A stretch of DNA of 64,000 nucleotides, taken from assembly GCA_965218425.1 (NCBI GenBank), contig OZ244621.1, positions 2,784,001-2,848,000 on the forward strand, in the 5' to 3' direction. The notes below the pieces were generated by a model, which was given only the letters and a program-made list of their open reading frames with translations, did no database searches and was not told where the DNA came from. Both the position numbers and the translations under genes were made by a program. Positions 38,477 to 48,268 of this stretch are shown piece by piece. This DNA is from an uncultured Candidatus Binatia bacterium (GTDB lineage: Bacteria > Desulfobacterota > Binatia > UBA9968 > CAXXLF01). Every line of letters starts with the position of its first letter. Position 1 is the first letter of the stretch.

Positions 38477-39210
38477 TTATTTGCCTTTGCCTCAACGAGC
38501 TCTGCTCCCATAGCAATTTTCCTTAGAAATTGAGTGGCGCGGTGCCAGGAGTCTTCTGCGGCCTCTTGCTTGTATGCGGCTCCCTTGGGATTGGTCCACC
38601 CGTGGTCTGTCCCCGGGTAGGTTTGAATTTCAAAGACTTTACCGTGCTTCGTTAATTCGCTCCGGTAACGTTCCACTTCCGTCATGGGTACCAGCCGGTC
38701 AGCCTCGCCGAACAGACCGATCACGGGTACGCTTAGATGCTGGGCCCGGCCAGCAGGCTCCGTAGGTGTGTTGGGGTTGGCGGTATCATTGGTCGGAAAG
38801 CCGTGAAACGCGGCGGCGCCGGCAATTTCCTTTTGATAAGTTGGCCACAGTAAGGAAAATCGTCCTCCTACGCAGTACCCCCATGCAAAGATGGATTGGT
38901 TCTCAACAAGGGAGTGGTTCTTGAGAAGATTTAACCCGGCGTCCAGATCTCCCAGTACCCGTTCATCCGGTTGGGAACCGGGACGCTTGAAGGGATCTTC
39001 GGGGATTCCCGGATGATCAAAGATATTGACTCCCAGGGCTACCCAGTCTTCCTTGGCCAGCCGCTCCACGGCGTAGTGAGCGAAATCGTCAAAGCCCCTG
39101 ACTGTGGGTATGACGATGACCCCGGGGAAGGATCCGCTCCCTGAGGGAACCGCCAAAAGTCCACCGATGTCACCGCCTTGACGTTGTATGCGTATTTCCT
39201 GGACTGCCAT
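38473..39210 (-). CDS. Dienelactone hydrolase family protein
   Basis: GYCVGG, FGEAD, YPGTDHGW. Confidence 0.88.
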   Translation of the reverse strand: MAVQEIRIQRQGGDIGGLLAVPSGSGSFPGVIVIPTVRGFDDFAHYAVERLAKEDWVALGVNIFDHPGIPEDPFKRPGSQPDERVLGDLDAGLNLLKNHSLVENQSIFAWGYCVGGRFSLLWPTYQKEIAGAAAFHGFPTNDTANPNTPTEPAGRAQHLSVPVIGLFGEADRLVPMTEVERYRSELTKHGKVFEIQTYPGTDHGWTNPKGAAYKQEAAEDSWHRATQFLRKIAMGAELVEAKANK

Positions 39211-39246
39211 GAAACCCTCTCGAAATTGTCTTTCTTTCTTTAGAAG

Positions 39247-39717
39247 TTAGCTAGCAGGACCCGCGGGCGCGTTGGTACGTGAGGCGAGTTGGTTCTGCAT
39301 GCACTTGAAGAACTGGCCCATGAACTGCTTTGCCACTCCTTCCAACAACCTCTGACCGACCCCTGCAACGAGACCGCCCACCTGTGCGTCACCGCTCACA
39401 TGGACGGTGGTTTTATCTCCGCCGTCTTCCTGGAGCGTCAATACCCCTTCGCCTCGAACAAATCCTGCCGCGCCCGATCCCTCGACAAACAATTTGTAAT
39501 GCTGGGGCGCATCTTTTTCTACCATACGGATCTTGCCTTTAAAGTTACCCGTCACGGGCCCCACCCCAATTTGCATGCTGGCCTTGTATTCGTCAGTACC
39601 TACTTCTTCTAATTCCCGGCAACCGGGAGTACATTGTTGGAGGGCTTTTGGGTCCGTAAGCAGATCCCAAACCTGCCGCCTTGTTCCCTGAAAAGAGTAG
39701 CGATTCTCAAGCTTCAT
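39247..39717 (-). CDS. coxG: CoxG/SRPBCC family accessory protein
   Basis: VWDLLTDP..LQQCTPGC, GVGPV, VGGLVAGVGQRLL. Confidence 0.85.
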   Translation of the reverse strand: MKLENRYSFQGTRRQVWDLLTDPKALQQCTPGCRELEEVGTDEYKASMQIGVGPVTGNFKGKIRMVEKDAPQHYKLFVEGSGAAGFVRGEGVLTLQEDGGDKTTVHVSGDAQVGGLVAGVGQRLLEGVAKQFMGQFFKCMQNQLASRTNAPAGPAS

Positions 39718-39767
39718 TCATCCCCCTGCCAACCCATTGATGTCTTTCAATTTTGCGCGGTTCCTAT

Positions 39768-39796
39768 CTGATAGCGTTGGGGTAGCTGCTTGTCAA
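39768..39796 (-). promoter_or_regulatory. Putative sigma-70 promoter (coxG operon)
   Basis: TTGACA-17-TATCAG. Confidence 0.55.
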
Positions 39797-39869
39797 GGGG
39801 GAGTGACTCTGCATAGTACGACACCGCCATGATTTACGAGAGCAGGTAAGCGTTGAGCGAACCGTTACG

Positions 39870-40835
39870 CTAACGTAGGTAGCCCCGCTCACGCCAGTAG
39901 CGCTCAGCTGCCGGATGCAATGGTACATCCATGGGCGTGTCGGGGCCGTCGATGCACATCCGCTCGATGGGTAACGGCCCTGTCCCCTGCCAGGGGACTT
40001 TGTCCTTGCGTGCCTCAATGCCATAGCAGATAAAAGTGACGATCTCGTCAGATACGTCGGCACGGGTGAACAACGCCCAACCGCTAAAGTCGAGACTCAT
40101 CATGTCCTTGGTGATCTTTGGAACCGCCGCCTTGGTGATAAGGGCCCGTCTGTAGCCCACGGCCTCTAGCTTCTTGAGGATCGGTTCCTCCAAAGGCAGA
40201 AAGCGCATGTTCAAATCCAACGCCATATCGCCCCACACGTTGACCGCCTCGTCAAAGATGGCATCCACCTCTCCCCGTTCCACCGCACCGATGCGGTTCG
40301 GCGCGTCAGGGAGGCCGGGATCGTATCTCACTTCCCCTCCCCAGGAGCGGATATCGCCCAGGGAGAAACCGTAAGCCTCGAGAGTGTGTTCCACCATGGG
40401 CTGGATAGAGTGGTCCCGCTGACCTCGAAGGGTCACCTTCAAGGGAAAGCGACGCTGGCGAATGTCGGCCAACGAACTCAACCCAGTTTTCTCAGTGACG
40501 GCGAATCCCAGCTGGTCAGCAGAAGGTATGGTTGTGATGGTTCTCAGAGGGGCGGGATTTTTGTACGGACCCGTTCCTCGGTAGGCGAGGGTGAGGGGTT
40601 CCACGGGATTGATGATCCCCAGGTCAGCGTCTCCACGGATAACCTCGTCGATACCGCTGGGCGCATCGCTGGCGAAAAAGGATAGGTTCCAACGCGGTGC
40701 TCCCTGTTCTCTAAGGTAAAGCTTGATTTGCTTGTCATTCCATTCCTCGATTCCAACCAGCTCGGAGGCCATCTCCAAAACCAGACGGGACCGAGTGGTC
40801 ACGGGTCGCGCACGGGTTCGTGAAGTCGCTTGCAT
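39870..40835 (-). CDS. TAXI-family solute-binding-fold protein without a signal peptide
   Basis: GDADLGI, GLSSLADI, GEVDAIF, PLHPAAERYWRERG C-terminal TAXI motif. Confidence 0.8.
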   Translation of the reverse strand: MQATSRTRARPVTTRSRLVLEMASELVGIEEWNDKQIKLYLREQGAPRWNLSFFASDAPSGIDEVIRGDADLGIINPVEPLTLAYRGTGPYKNPAPLRTITTIPSADQLGFAVTEKTGLSSLADIRQRRFPLKVTLRGQRDHSIQPMVEHTLEAYGFSLGDIRSWGGEVRYDPGLPDAPNRIGAVERGEVDAIFDEAVNVWGDMALDLNMRFLPLEEPILKKLEAVGYRRALITKAAVPKITKDMMSLDFSGWALFTRADVSDEIVTFICYGIEARKDKVPWQGTGPLPIERMCIDGPDTPMDVPLHPAAERYWRERGYLR

Positions 40836-40955
40836 AGCTTGGATTCCTTTCTAGTGTAGTTTGTCAATTAACTTATTCAGTGCCCTCTCCCTTCCAGGCT
40901 CACCCCTCGATCGGCAGTCCGTCGGAGGATTTTCTGGGTTCATGAATAGTGTGCG

Positions 40956-42098
40956 TTAGAACCCGGGAGCGTACATGGGCCAGCGGGGATCGTGGCCTCC
41001 TCGGTTTTTTATATAATCCAGGGCCTCATTGGCCGCCTCCAAGGGAAAGAAACGGCTGGTTATGGGTTGTGTATCGATCACTCCACTTCGCGCCAGCGCC
41101 AGCAGTTCGGGCACGTCTGCGTAGTGACGGCCGGTGGTGCTGGTAAATTCAATGTTTCGAACCATGAGATATCGGATCGGGATATGGAGAGGCTCCGGGT
41201 TTGCCGCGATCAGAGTCACCCGCCCGCCTGCTTCAAGGTTTTTCATGCACTCCATCATGGTCTCGGCTCCGGCTGGTGCCACGTCCGCCAGGACGCTGGC
41301 TCCTTGTCCCCCGGTCAATTCCTGGACTCTATCAGTGATGGACTCCCCACGGCCAAGCGAAATGGTCGAGATTCGCCGGGGATCGATTTCCCGAACTTGA
41401 TCCAAGCGTACGGGGTTCCGAGCCACCGCAATGATTTTTGCCGCCCCCATGAGCAGGGCGCTAATGATAGTACCTATGCCTGTAATGCCGGAGGCTCCAT
41501 GAATGATCAGGGTTTCTCCACTGTGAAAGCGTGCTCGCTTCAGGGCCCGGTAGCCCACCGCGATCTGGGAGATCTTGGACATGACGTCGATGTCGTCGTC
41601 AGGTCGGAGCGGGCAAAGATTGGTTGCCGGAACCCGGCAATACTCCGCCCAAAGGCCGTCTTTGTAACGCAACAGCCGGTCCGGTAACTTCTTCGCGCCG
41701 AAGTTGGCTACGAATCCCATGGTCTTGTGGGACGGACAGAGGTTTTGCCGATCGGTGCGACAGTATTTGCAGAAACCACAAGTGATGGCGCACATGACCA
41801 CTGCGTGGTCGCCTGGGCGCAGATTGGTGACGTCTGCACCCACTTCCACCACCTCCCCCAACCCGTCATGGCCGATGGTCATGGGTAGATATGGAATTGC
41901 GTTCACATCGGGCGCGTAATTTATGCCGTCTTCCCTCATGTGTAAATCGCCGTGATTGAGGCCTGCCCGTAGGATACGAACGAGCACTTCGCCCCGGTCA
42001 ATTTCAGGAATGGGCACCTCTTCCACCCGGACCACCTCGTCCTTACCTTGTGGGCCCCTGGCGCCGTAAAATCGCGCGGCTTTCATTGTGCCCTGCAT
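40956..42098 (-). CDS. MDR / Zn-alcohol dehydrogenase-like protein, paralog 2
   Basis: Close paralog of 15886-17022 with the same GLNHGD / GHD motifs. Confidence 0.88.
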   Translation of the reverse strand: MQGTMKAARFYGARGPQGKDEVVRVEEVPIPEIDRGEVLVRILRAGLNHGDLHMREDGINYAPDVNAIPYLPMTIGHDGLGEVVEVGADVTNLRPGDHAVVMCAITCGFCKYCRTDRQNLCPSHKTMGFVANFGAKKLPDRLLRYKDGLWAEYCRVPATNLCPLRPDDDIDVMSKISQIAVGYRALKRARFHSGETLIIHGASGITGIGTIISALLMGAAKIIAVARNPVRLDQVREIDPRRISTISLGRGESITDRVQELTGGQGASVLADVAPAGAETMMECMKNLEAGGRVTLIAANPEPLHIPIRYLMVRNIEFTSTTGRHYADVPELLALARSGVIDTQPITSRFFPLEAANEALDYIKNRGGHDPRWPMYAPGF

Positions 42099-42256
42099 TT
42101 TTGTTCTCCCCTAGGATCTCGGTATTCTCAAACTGTCAAATGCTGTTTGTTCGGACAATGCCCAAGGTCCATGACCATAGTAGACCCTTGTTTGCGCTGT
42201 CAAGGGAGGTAAGGGATATACGAATGCAATCTTCAGCACCTCTGTGCTTCATCGAG

Positions 42257-42285
42257 TTGACAGAAAATTGTAAAGGTGATAGCAA
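42257..42285 (+). promoter_or_regulatory. Putative sigma-70 promoter (ABC operon)
   Basis: TTGACA-17-TAGCAA with TGn extension. Confidence 0.5.
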
Positions 42286-42335
42286 ATCGGCTACTTCATA
42301 GCGGTAAGAAAATTAATGGAATCGGAGCGGTAAAA

Positions 42336-43421
42336 ATGGTGAAACGATGGCGGTTATGGATGGTTTCGGTCCTTGTCCTTTCCGTATCTTCTGTTGGCGA
42401 GGCGGCTTGGCAAGAGGAATGGCAAAAGGTTTTGAAGGAAGCCAAGCAAGAGGGCAAGGTCTCGGTGTTTGGGCCTGCCGGAGTCCCGGCTCGAGATGCC
42501 CTGACCGAACCGTTTGAGGCGAAATACGGCATTGCCGTCAATTTTCTGGGCGGCTCTGGGCGTACGCTATCGCCCCGCGTGCTGTCTGAGCGCAGAGCAC
42601 GTCGATACGAATGGGATGTCTTTGTGCATGGCACCACCACTGGCCTCACGGCAATGATCCCGACAGGGGCATTCGCTCCAATTGAGTCGGCCTTGATACG
42701 TCCGGAGGTTAAGGACCCCAAGAACTGGCGCGGAGGTGGGCTGGAAGTCATGGGAGAAGGCGGATTGCTTGCTGTGATGACCCCTTTCCAGCGCGGTACA
42801 ATTTTTGTCAACACCAATATAGTGGATCCTAAGGTGTTCAAGTCCTATATAGATCTCTTGGCCCCAAAGTGGAAGGGGAAGATCGCCGTGGATGATCCCA
42901 CGAGAGCCGGCCCTGGGCAGGCGACTTTCACTTTCTTCTACCTGCATCCTCAACTTGGCCCAGAATTCATCCGGGCATTTGCCAAGCAGGACTTAATCCT
43001 CCAACGGGACTATACAACGGAAGCGGATAAACTCGGCCACGGCCGCTTCCCCGTTCTTGTTGGCGCAGCTGATTTTTTTGTCGAGATTCGGATCAAGCAG
43101 AAAGTTCCCATCGCAATCGTGAATCCCCGGCGACTTCGGGAGGGGTCGGATGTAAGCCCTGCCAACGGTGCCATTGCCATGTTCTCCAGGGCGCCGCACC
43201 CCAATGCGGCCAAGGTTTACATTAACTGGTTGCTTTCCCAGGAGGGACAGACCATTTTTTCTCGAAATATGGGCTACGTTAGCGCCCGGAGGGACGTACC
43301 GACTGACCATGCGTATCCGTGGCGGATACCCAAACCGGGGGCGATCAAAACCTACAATGAGCAGGCAATGAAGATCAAGCCTAGGGTAAGAGCTTTGGTG
43401 CGCGAGGTCTTCCGGCGCTGA
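42336..43421 (+). CDS. ABC transporter extracellular solute-binding protein
   Basis: Signal peptide; AKQEGKV, DLLAPKWKGK, APHPNAAKVYINWLLSQEGQ. Confidence 0.9.
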   Translation: MVKRWRLWMVSVLVLSVSSVGEAAWQEEWQKVLKEAKQEGKVSVFGPAGVPARDALTEPFEAKYGIAVNFLGGSGRTLSPRVLSERRARRYEWDVFVHGTTTGLTAMIPTGAFAPIESALIRPEVKDPKNWRGGGLEVMGEGGLLAVMTPFQRGTIFVNTNIVDPKVFKSYIDLLAPKWKGKIAVDDPTRAGPGQATFTFFYLHPQLGPEFIRAFAKQDLILQRDYTTEADKLGHGRFPVLVGAADFFVEIRIKQKVPIAIVNPRRLREGSDVSPANGAIAMFSRAPHPNAAKVYINWLLSQEGQTIFSRNMGYVSARRDVPTDHAYPWRIPKPGAIKTYNEQAMKIKPRVRALVREVFRR

Positions 43422-43473
43422 CCATCGCTCCTAGCGCCATATTCAAGCGAAAAATTATTTGAGGCATTGACCT

Positions 43474-45210
43474 ATGTCCCAGCCGGCAATAGCTGAATCA
43501 TCCCAGCCGCGTCCATTTTCTCGATCCTTGGAGCCGGCCACGCTCCTGATCGCTCTGTTGTTCGCTGTGGTGGCGTTTCTCGTTCTTACCCCGCTCTTTT
43601 TGATGCTGCTCAATAGTTTCCAGTTAGGCCGCCCTGGTGAGGTCCCGGTGTATGGGCTTGAAGGATGGAGACAGGCCTTCAACGATCCTTCCATGCTATC
43701 GGCTCTGTGGAACACTGTGTCTCTGGCAGTGACGCGCCAAGCCATTGCCCTGGTCATAGGTGTGATGCTGGCCTGGTTGATCGCTCGTACGGATCTGCCG
43801 TGGAAGAACGGATTGGAGTTTACCTTTTGGATCTCCTTTTTTCTCCCCTCTCTACCAGTGGCCTTGGGGTGGATCCTTCTCCTGGATGACAAATTCGGGT
43901 TGCTAAACCGCTGGCTTCAGGCTTTGCCTTTCATTGAGCAAGCTATCTTCAACGTCTACTCCTTCTGGGGAATCGTGTGGGTTCACATGACAACAACCCT
44001 GGGGGTCAAAGTGCTGCTATTGGCGCCAGCTTTCCGCAATCTGGATGCCACGCTGGAAGAGTCGTCACGCAGTTGTGGGGCCAGCACCCTAGGGACTGTG
44101 TTCCGCGTGGTCATACCATTGATGATGCCTGCCATCCTGGTGTCGAGCATCCTGGGGGTCATTCGCTCCATGGAGGCATTTGAGATCGAACTCTTGCTGG
44201 GAGTTCCCATTGGGTTGTTTGTTTATTCGACTAAAATTCGCGACCTGGTGTCTTACGAACCGCCGGAATATGCGCCTGCGACTGCTCTGGGTACCGTGTT
44301 TCTGGTGGTGCTGCTGGCCCTGGTGGCTTTTCAGCGCTGGTACGTAGGACGTAGAATGTTTCGCACAGTGACCGGTCGCGGGTTCAGTACCCGACCCGTG
44401 GCCCTGGGCCGTTGGCGTTGGCCCCTTTTCGGGCTGGTGCTGCTGATCGCTCTTTCCGTCACCCTCACTCCAATGGTCATGCTGGCCATGGGGACGTTCA
44501 TGCGGGCCTTTGGCTACTTTGATATTCCGAACCCCTGGACTTTTGAGAACTGGACGCGGGTCTTATCCGATCCGTTTCTTATCCAGTCCGTGCGAAATAC
44601 CATTATAGTGGGTCTGGGTACTGCATTTGCCGGTGTTGTTTTTTATGGGCTCATTGCGTACGTTGTTGTGAAGACCCGTTTCGCAGGGCGCGCGATTCTG
44701 GACTTTCTCTCCTGGCTTCCGTGGGCAATTCCCGGAATTCTCCTGGGGTTGGCTTTGCTCTGGACCGTTTTTCAAACTCGGTTTTTGCTGTTTCTTTATG
44801 GTAGCGTTTACCTCCTAATGCTAGCCCTATTTATCAAGAGCATGCCTTTTGGAGTTCAGATCACCAAGAGCGTTCTGCTTCAAATCGGTCCCGAGTTAGA
44901 AGAGGCTGCACGGATCAGTGGCGGATCCTGGCTCCAATGCTATCGCCGGATCCTGTTGCCTTTACTGACTCCCACTTTCATCGTCGTGGGTTTGGTTGGA
45001 TTCATGTCGGCTGCACGCGACATCAGTACGGTGGTACTGTTGGGTTCGGCCCAATCGCGGACCATGTCACTGTTGGCGTTGGATTATGCCTTTGGAGGAC
45101 AGTTCGAACGGGGTTCGGTGGTTGCCTTCATGACCTCCATTATCGTAATTGTGACTGCTATGTTGGCCCGGATGATCGGTGGAAAAGTGGGCATTGGCGG
45201 GGGCCAGTGA
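43474..45210 (+). CDS. ABC transporter permease (FbpB-like, double domain)
   Basis: Two EAA loops (LEESSRSCGA, LEEAARISGG); many TM segments. Confidence 0.92.
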   Translation: MSQPAIAESSQPRPFSRSLEPATLLIALLFAVVAFLVLTPLFLMLLNSFQLGRPGEVPVYGLEGWRQAFNDPSMLSALWNTVSLAVTRQAIALVIGVMLAWLIARTDLPWKNGLEFTFWISFFLPSLPVALGWILLLDDKFGLLNRWLQALPFIEQAIFNVYSFWGIVWVHMTTTLGVKVLLLAPAFRNLDATLEESSRSCGASTLGTVFRVVIPLMMPAILVSSILGVIRSMEAFEIELLLGVPIGLFVYSTKIRDLVSYEPPEYAPATALGTVFLVVLLALVAFQRWYVGRRMFRTVTGRGFSTRPVALGRWRWPLFGLVLLIALSVTLTPMVMLAMGTFMRAFGYFDIPNPWTFENWTRVLSDPFLIQSVRNTIIVGLGTAFAGVVFYGLIAYVVVKTRFAGRAILDFLSWLPWAIPGILLGLALLWTVFQTRFLLFLYGSVYLLMLALFIKSMPFGVQITKSVLLQIGPELEEAARISGGSWLQCYRRILLPLLTPTFIVVGLVGFMSAARDISTVVLLGSAQSRTMSLLALDYAFGGQFERGSVVAFMTSIIVIVTAMLARMIGGKVGIGGGQ

Positions 45211-45312
45211 AGCAGCGACCATCGGAGTCGCCGAATTCTCAGGTGTTTAAATTTCTAGTCATAAAACGCACGGGGACTCATATATAATGACGGGTGATGA
45301 GGAGGCAACGTA

Positions 45313-46713
45313 ATGGCGCGCCCTGAGGTAAAAGACCTTCGTAGTTACCTGGAGGTCCTCGAACGGGAAGGCGAGTTGGCGCGAATCAAGGCGCCGGTGG
45401 ATCTCAACCAGGAGATTGGTGCCATCTGTTACCGGAATTTGCACAAAAAAGGTCCCGGGCTGCTCTTCGAACGGCCAGGCGGTTTCGATATGCCCATGGC
45501 CGTGGATTTGCTGGCTTCACGCCGCCGCTATGCGTTGGCCCTTGGCGTAGAGACTCACCAGCTTGCGGCAACGTGGAATGAGCGTGCTGGAAATCCCCTG
45601 GAGCCGGTCATCGTTAAAAAAGGCGCTTGCCAGGATCATGTGATGATGGGAGACGATGTAGACCTGACGAAGTTCCCTGTTCCTATCTGGAACGACCTCG
45701 ACGGCGGCCCTTATTTGACCCTTTGCAGCCACCTCACTAAAGACCCAGTCACTGGCATTCGAAACGTAGGTCTTTACCGCAACCAGGTTCACGACCGAGA
45801 TACCCTTGGAATCCTTTCGGGTCCCTACACCCACTTGACCTTGCAAAGGAGGAAAGCTCCGGGCAAGCCGTTTCCAGTGGCATTGATACTTGGTGCTGAT
45901 CCCACGGTGGTGATGACGGCCACTTCCCCTTTGCCCTTCGGCACCGATGAATTGGCAGTGGCGGGCGCCCTGCGCGGTGAGCCGATGGAGTTGGTCGCGT
46001 GCCGGACCATTCCGCTGGAGGTTCCCGTCACTGCGCAGATCGTCATCGAGGGTGAGATCGATCCTGAAATGAAGCGTGATGAGGGGCCCTTTGGGGAGTT
46101 TACCGGATACTACGGCGGCCCAATGATGAAGCGCGATATCATTCGCGTCAAAGCCATCACACACCAGGCTAATCCAATTCTTCAATTGACCTATGAAGGG
46201 ATGCCACCTCACGAATCATCCGTCCTCACGGGGGTGCCCCGGGATGCTGAAATCATGCGCACCGTCAAGCTCCCGGGCCTGAAGAGCGTTTATGTAACGG
46301 ATGCAGCCGGAGGCGCCTTCCATGCAGTGGTTTCGGTAGAGAAACCGTTTGAGGGATTCGGTAAATTCGTGGGCCTCGCGGTCCTGGGAACCCAGGCGGG
46401 ACGCTATATCAAGCAGGTGATCGTAGTGGACGATGATATCGATCCCTTCGACCCGGTGGCCGTGGAGTGGGCAATCGGGACCCGTGTCCAGGCTCATCGG
46501 GACGTGGAAATTTTGAATGAAGTGACAGGGATTTTCCTTGACCCTTCCATGGATCATGACGAACAGAAGGGTCCGTCCCGCGTTTCCAAGTGGATCATCG
46601 ATGCTACGCGATACAACGCCAAGGACTATCCCCTCGTGTGCGAGCCTGAAGTGGAGGTGATGAAGAAAGTGGAGCGGGAGTGGGATCGTTATAGGATCCC
46701 CAATGGTCGCTAG
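45313..46713 (+). CDS. UbiD-family decarboxylase, paralog 3
   Basis: DGGPYL, NVGLYR, EGPFGEFTG, VVDDDIDP. Confidence 0.93.
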   Translation: MARPEVKDLRSYLEVLEREGELARIKAPVDLNQEIGAICYRNLHKKGPGLLFERPGGFDMPMAVDLLASRRRYALALGVETHQLAATWNERAGNPLEPVIVKKGACQDHVMMGDDVDLTKFPVPIWNDLDGGPYLTLCSHLTKDPVTGIRNVGLYRNQVHDRDTLGILSGPYTHLTLQRRKAPGKPFPVALILGADPTVVMTATSPLPFGTDELAVAGALRGEPMELVACRTIPLEVPVTAQIVIEGEIDPEMKRDEGPFGEFTGYYGGPMMKRDIIRVKAITHQANPILQLTYEGMPPHESSVLTGVPRDAEIMRTVKLPGLKSVYVTDAAGGAFHAVVSVEKPFEGFGKFVGLAVLGTQAGRYIKQVIVVDDDIDPFDPVAVEWAIGTRVQAHRDVEILNEVTGIFLDPSMDHDEQKGPSRVSKWIIDATRYNAKDYPLVCEPEVEVMKKVEREWDRYRIPNGR

Positions 46714-46768
46714 TCCAGAAACAATGAGATGAGGAACAAACGGTGAAGGAACTGAAGAGGATGCTTTG

Positions 46769-48181
46769 ATGGCCAAGGATTATCCAGTAAAGGACCTGCG
46801 CACTTATATCGAGGTCCTTGAAGCGGTGGGGGAACTGGCACGGGTGAAGGTTGCCGTGGACCTGAATCAAGAGTTGGGTGCCATCAGCAAGAAAAATATA
46901 CATCACAATGGACCAGCATTGCTCTTCGAAAAACCTGGAGGTTATGACATCCCCATCTCCATGGGCTTGCTGGCAACGCGGCGTCGTTACGCTATAGCCA
47001 TTGGAGTCGGCGCGGACCAAATCGCAGAGGAGTGGAACCGTCGGGTTGCCAATCCCATACCGCCGGTCACCGTGGAGGCCGGTCCCTGCCAGCAGCATGT
47101 TATGGAAGGCGACGAGGTTGACTTAAGGCGACTCCCGGTACCGATATGGAACGCGCATGATGGGGGTGCCTTTTTCACTTTGCCCTGTCATGTGACCAAA
47201 GACCCTGTAACCGGACTGGGCAACGTCGGTATCTATCGCAATCAGATCCACGATCGAAACACCCTTGGCCTGCAGATACAACCCTACGGTCACCTCAAAC
47301 TGCAGATGCAAAAGAGGCCCGACGAACCCTTTCCGGTGGCCATTGTCCTTGGTGCCGATCCGGTGGTTACCATGGCCGCGTGTGCGCCGTTACCATTCGG
47401 AACGGATGAGCTTGCCGTGGCGGGAGCATTAAGGGGGAAACCGCTGGAGATGGTACCCTGCCGCACAATCCCCTTGGAAGTCCCGGCCTCGGCACAGATC
47501 GTGATCGAAGGGGAATTCCTCCCCGGGTTGGTGCACGACGAGGGACCCTTTGGAGAGTTTACCGGTTACTACAGCGAGTTCAGGAAGGCCCGTCCCGCGA
47601 TTCGTGTGAAGGCCATCACCCATCAGGACCATCCCATTCTCGATGCCACCTACGAGGGGAGACAGCCCAGCGGCTCCACCGTGATGATCGGCGTGCCTCG
47701 GGAGGCGGAACTCAGACGCCAGATTTCTCTTCCAGGCATAAAGAAAATACACATGACCCCGGCGACGGCTGGAGTTCTGCATGCCGTGGTCTCGGTGGAA
47801 AAGCCCTTCGAAGGGTTCGGCAAGTTCGTGGGAATGGCCGTGCTCGGTTGTATCGCCGGACGTGCCGTCAAACAGGTTATCGTGGTGGACGACGATGTGG
47901 ATCCTTTCGACCCTCTCTCAGTGGAATGGGCAGTGGCGATGCGGGTCCAACCGCACAGGGATGTGGACGTTATCAAAGAGGTGCAGGGAGTGGTGCTCGA
48001 TCCTTCCATGCCCACTACCAAGTCCGGGGAGCGCGGGGTGACCTCCTCCAAGATGATTATCGATGCAACGCGGTACGATGCGAAGAACTATTCCAAGGTT
48101 TGTGTCCCTTCGGCCGAGGCGTTGGAGAAGGTGGACCGGGACTGGGACCGTTACGGGATTAAAACCTCCCGGGGAAAATAA
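46769..48181 (+). CDS. UbiD-family decarboxylase, paralog 4
   Basis: NVGIYR, EGPFGEFTG, KMIIDAT; tandem paralog of paralog 3. Confidence 0.93.
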   Translation: MAKDYPVKDLRTYIEVLEAVGELARVKVAVDLNQELGAISKKNIHHNGPALLFEKPGGYDIPISMGLLATRRRYAIAIGVGADQIAEEWNRRVANPIPPVTVEAGPCQQHVMEGDEVDLRRLPVPIWNAHDGGAFFTLPCHVTKDPVTGLGNVGIYRNQIHDRNTLGLQIQPYGHLKLQMQKRPDEPFPVAIVLGADPVVTMAACAPLPFGTDELAVAGALRGKPLEMVPCRTIPLEVPASAQIVIEGEFLPGLVHDEGPFGEFTGYYSEFRKARPAIRVKAITHQDHPILDATYEGRQPSGSTVMIGVPREAELRRQISLPGIKKIHMTPATAGVLHAVVSVEKPFEGFGKFVGMAVLGCIAGRAVKQVIVVDDDVDPFDPLSVEWAVAMRVQPHRDVDVIKEVQGVVLDPSMPTTKSGERGVTSSKMIIDATRYDAKNYSKVCVPSAEALEKVDRDWDRYGIKTSRGK

Positions 48182-48203
48182 AAACTTTTCGTGCTCGTTT
48201 AAC

Positions 48204-48244
48204 AAATCGGGCCGCTCCTTGTAATCAAGGGAACGGCCCGATTT
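48204..48244. terminator. Probable bidirectional terminator between convergent genes
   Basis: AAATCGGGCCGCTCCTTG-TAAT-CAAGGGAACGGCCCGATTT. Confidence 0.75.
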
Positions 48245-48268
48245 CCATTGAATACCTGAAATTTCAGA

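Noticed and set aside
20285..39717. Aerobic CO dehydrogenase (coxMSL, coxG)
   Set aside because: No large subunit has AYxCSFR (form I) or AYRGAGR (form II), and no coxDEF is present
42174..42203. Promoter of MDR paralog 2 as a -7 G class member
   Set aside because: TTGACA is present, but the candidate -10 boxes lie at 15 or 18 nt spacing and keep the T
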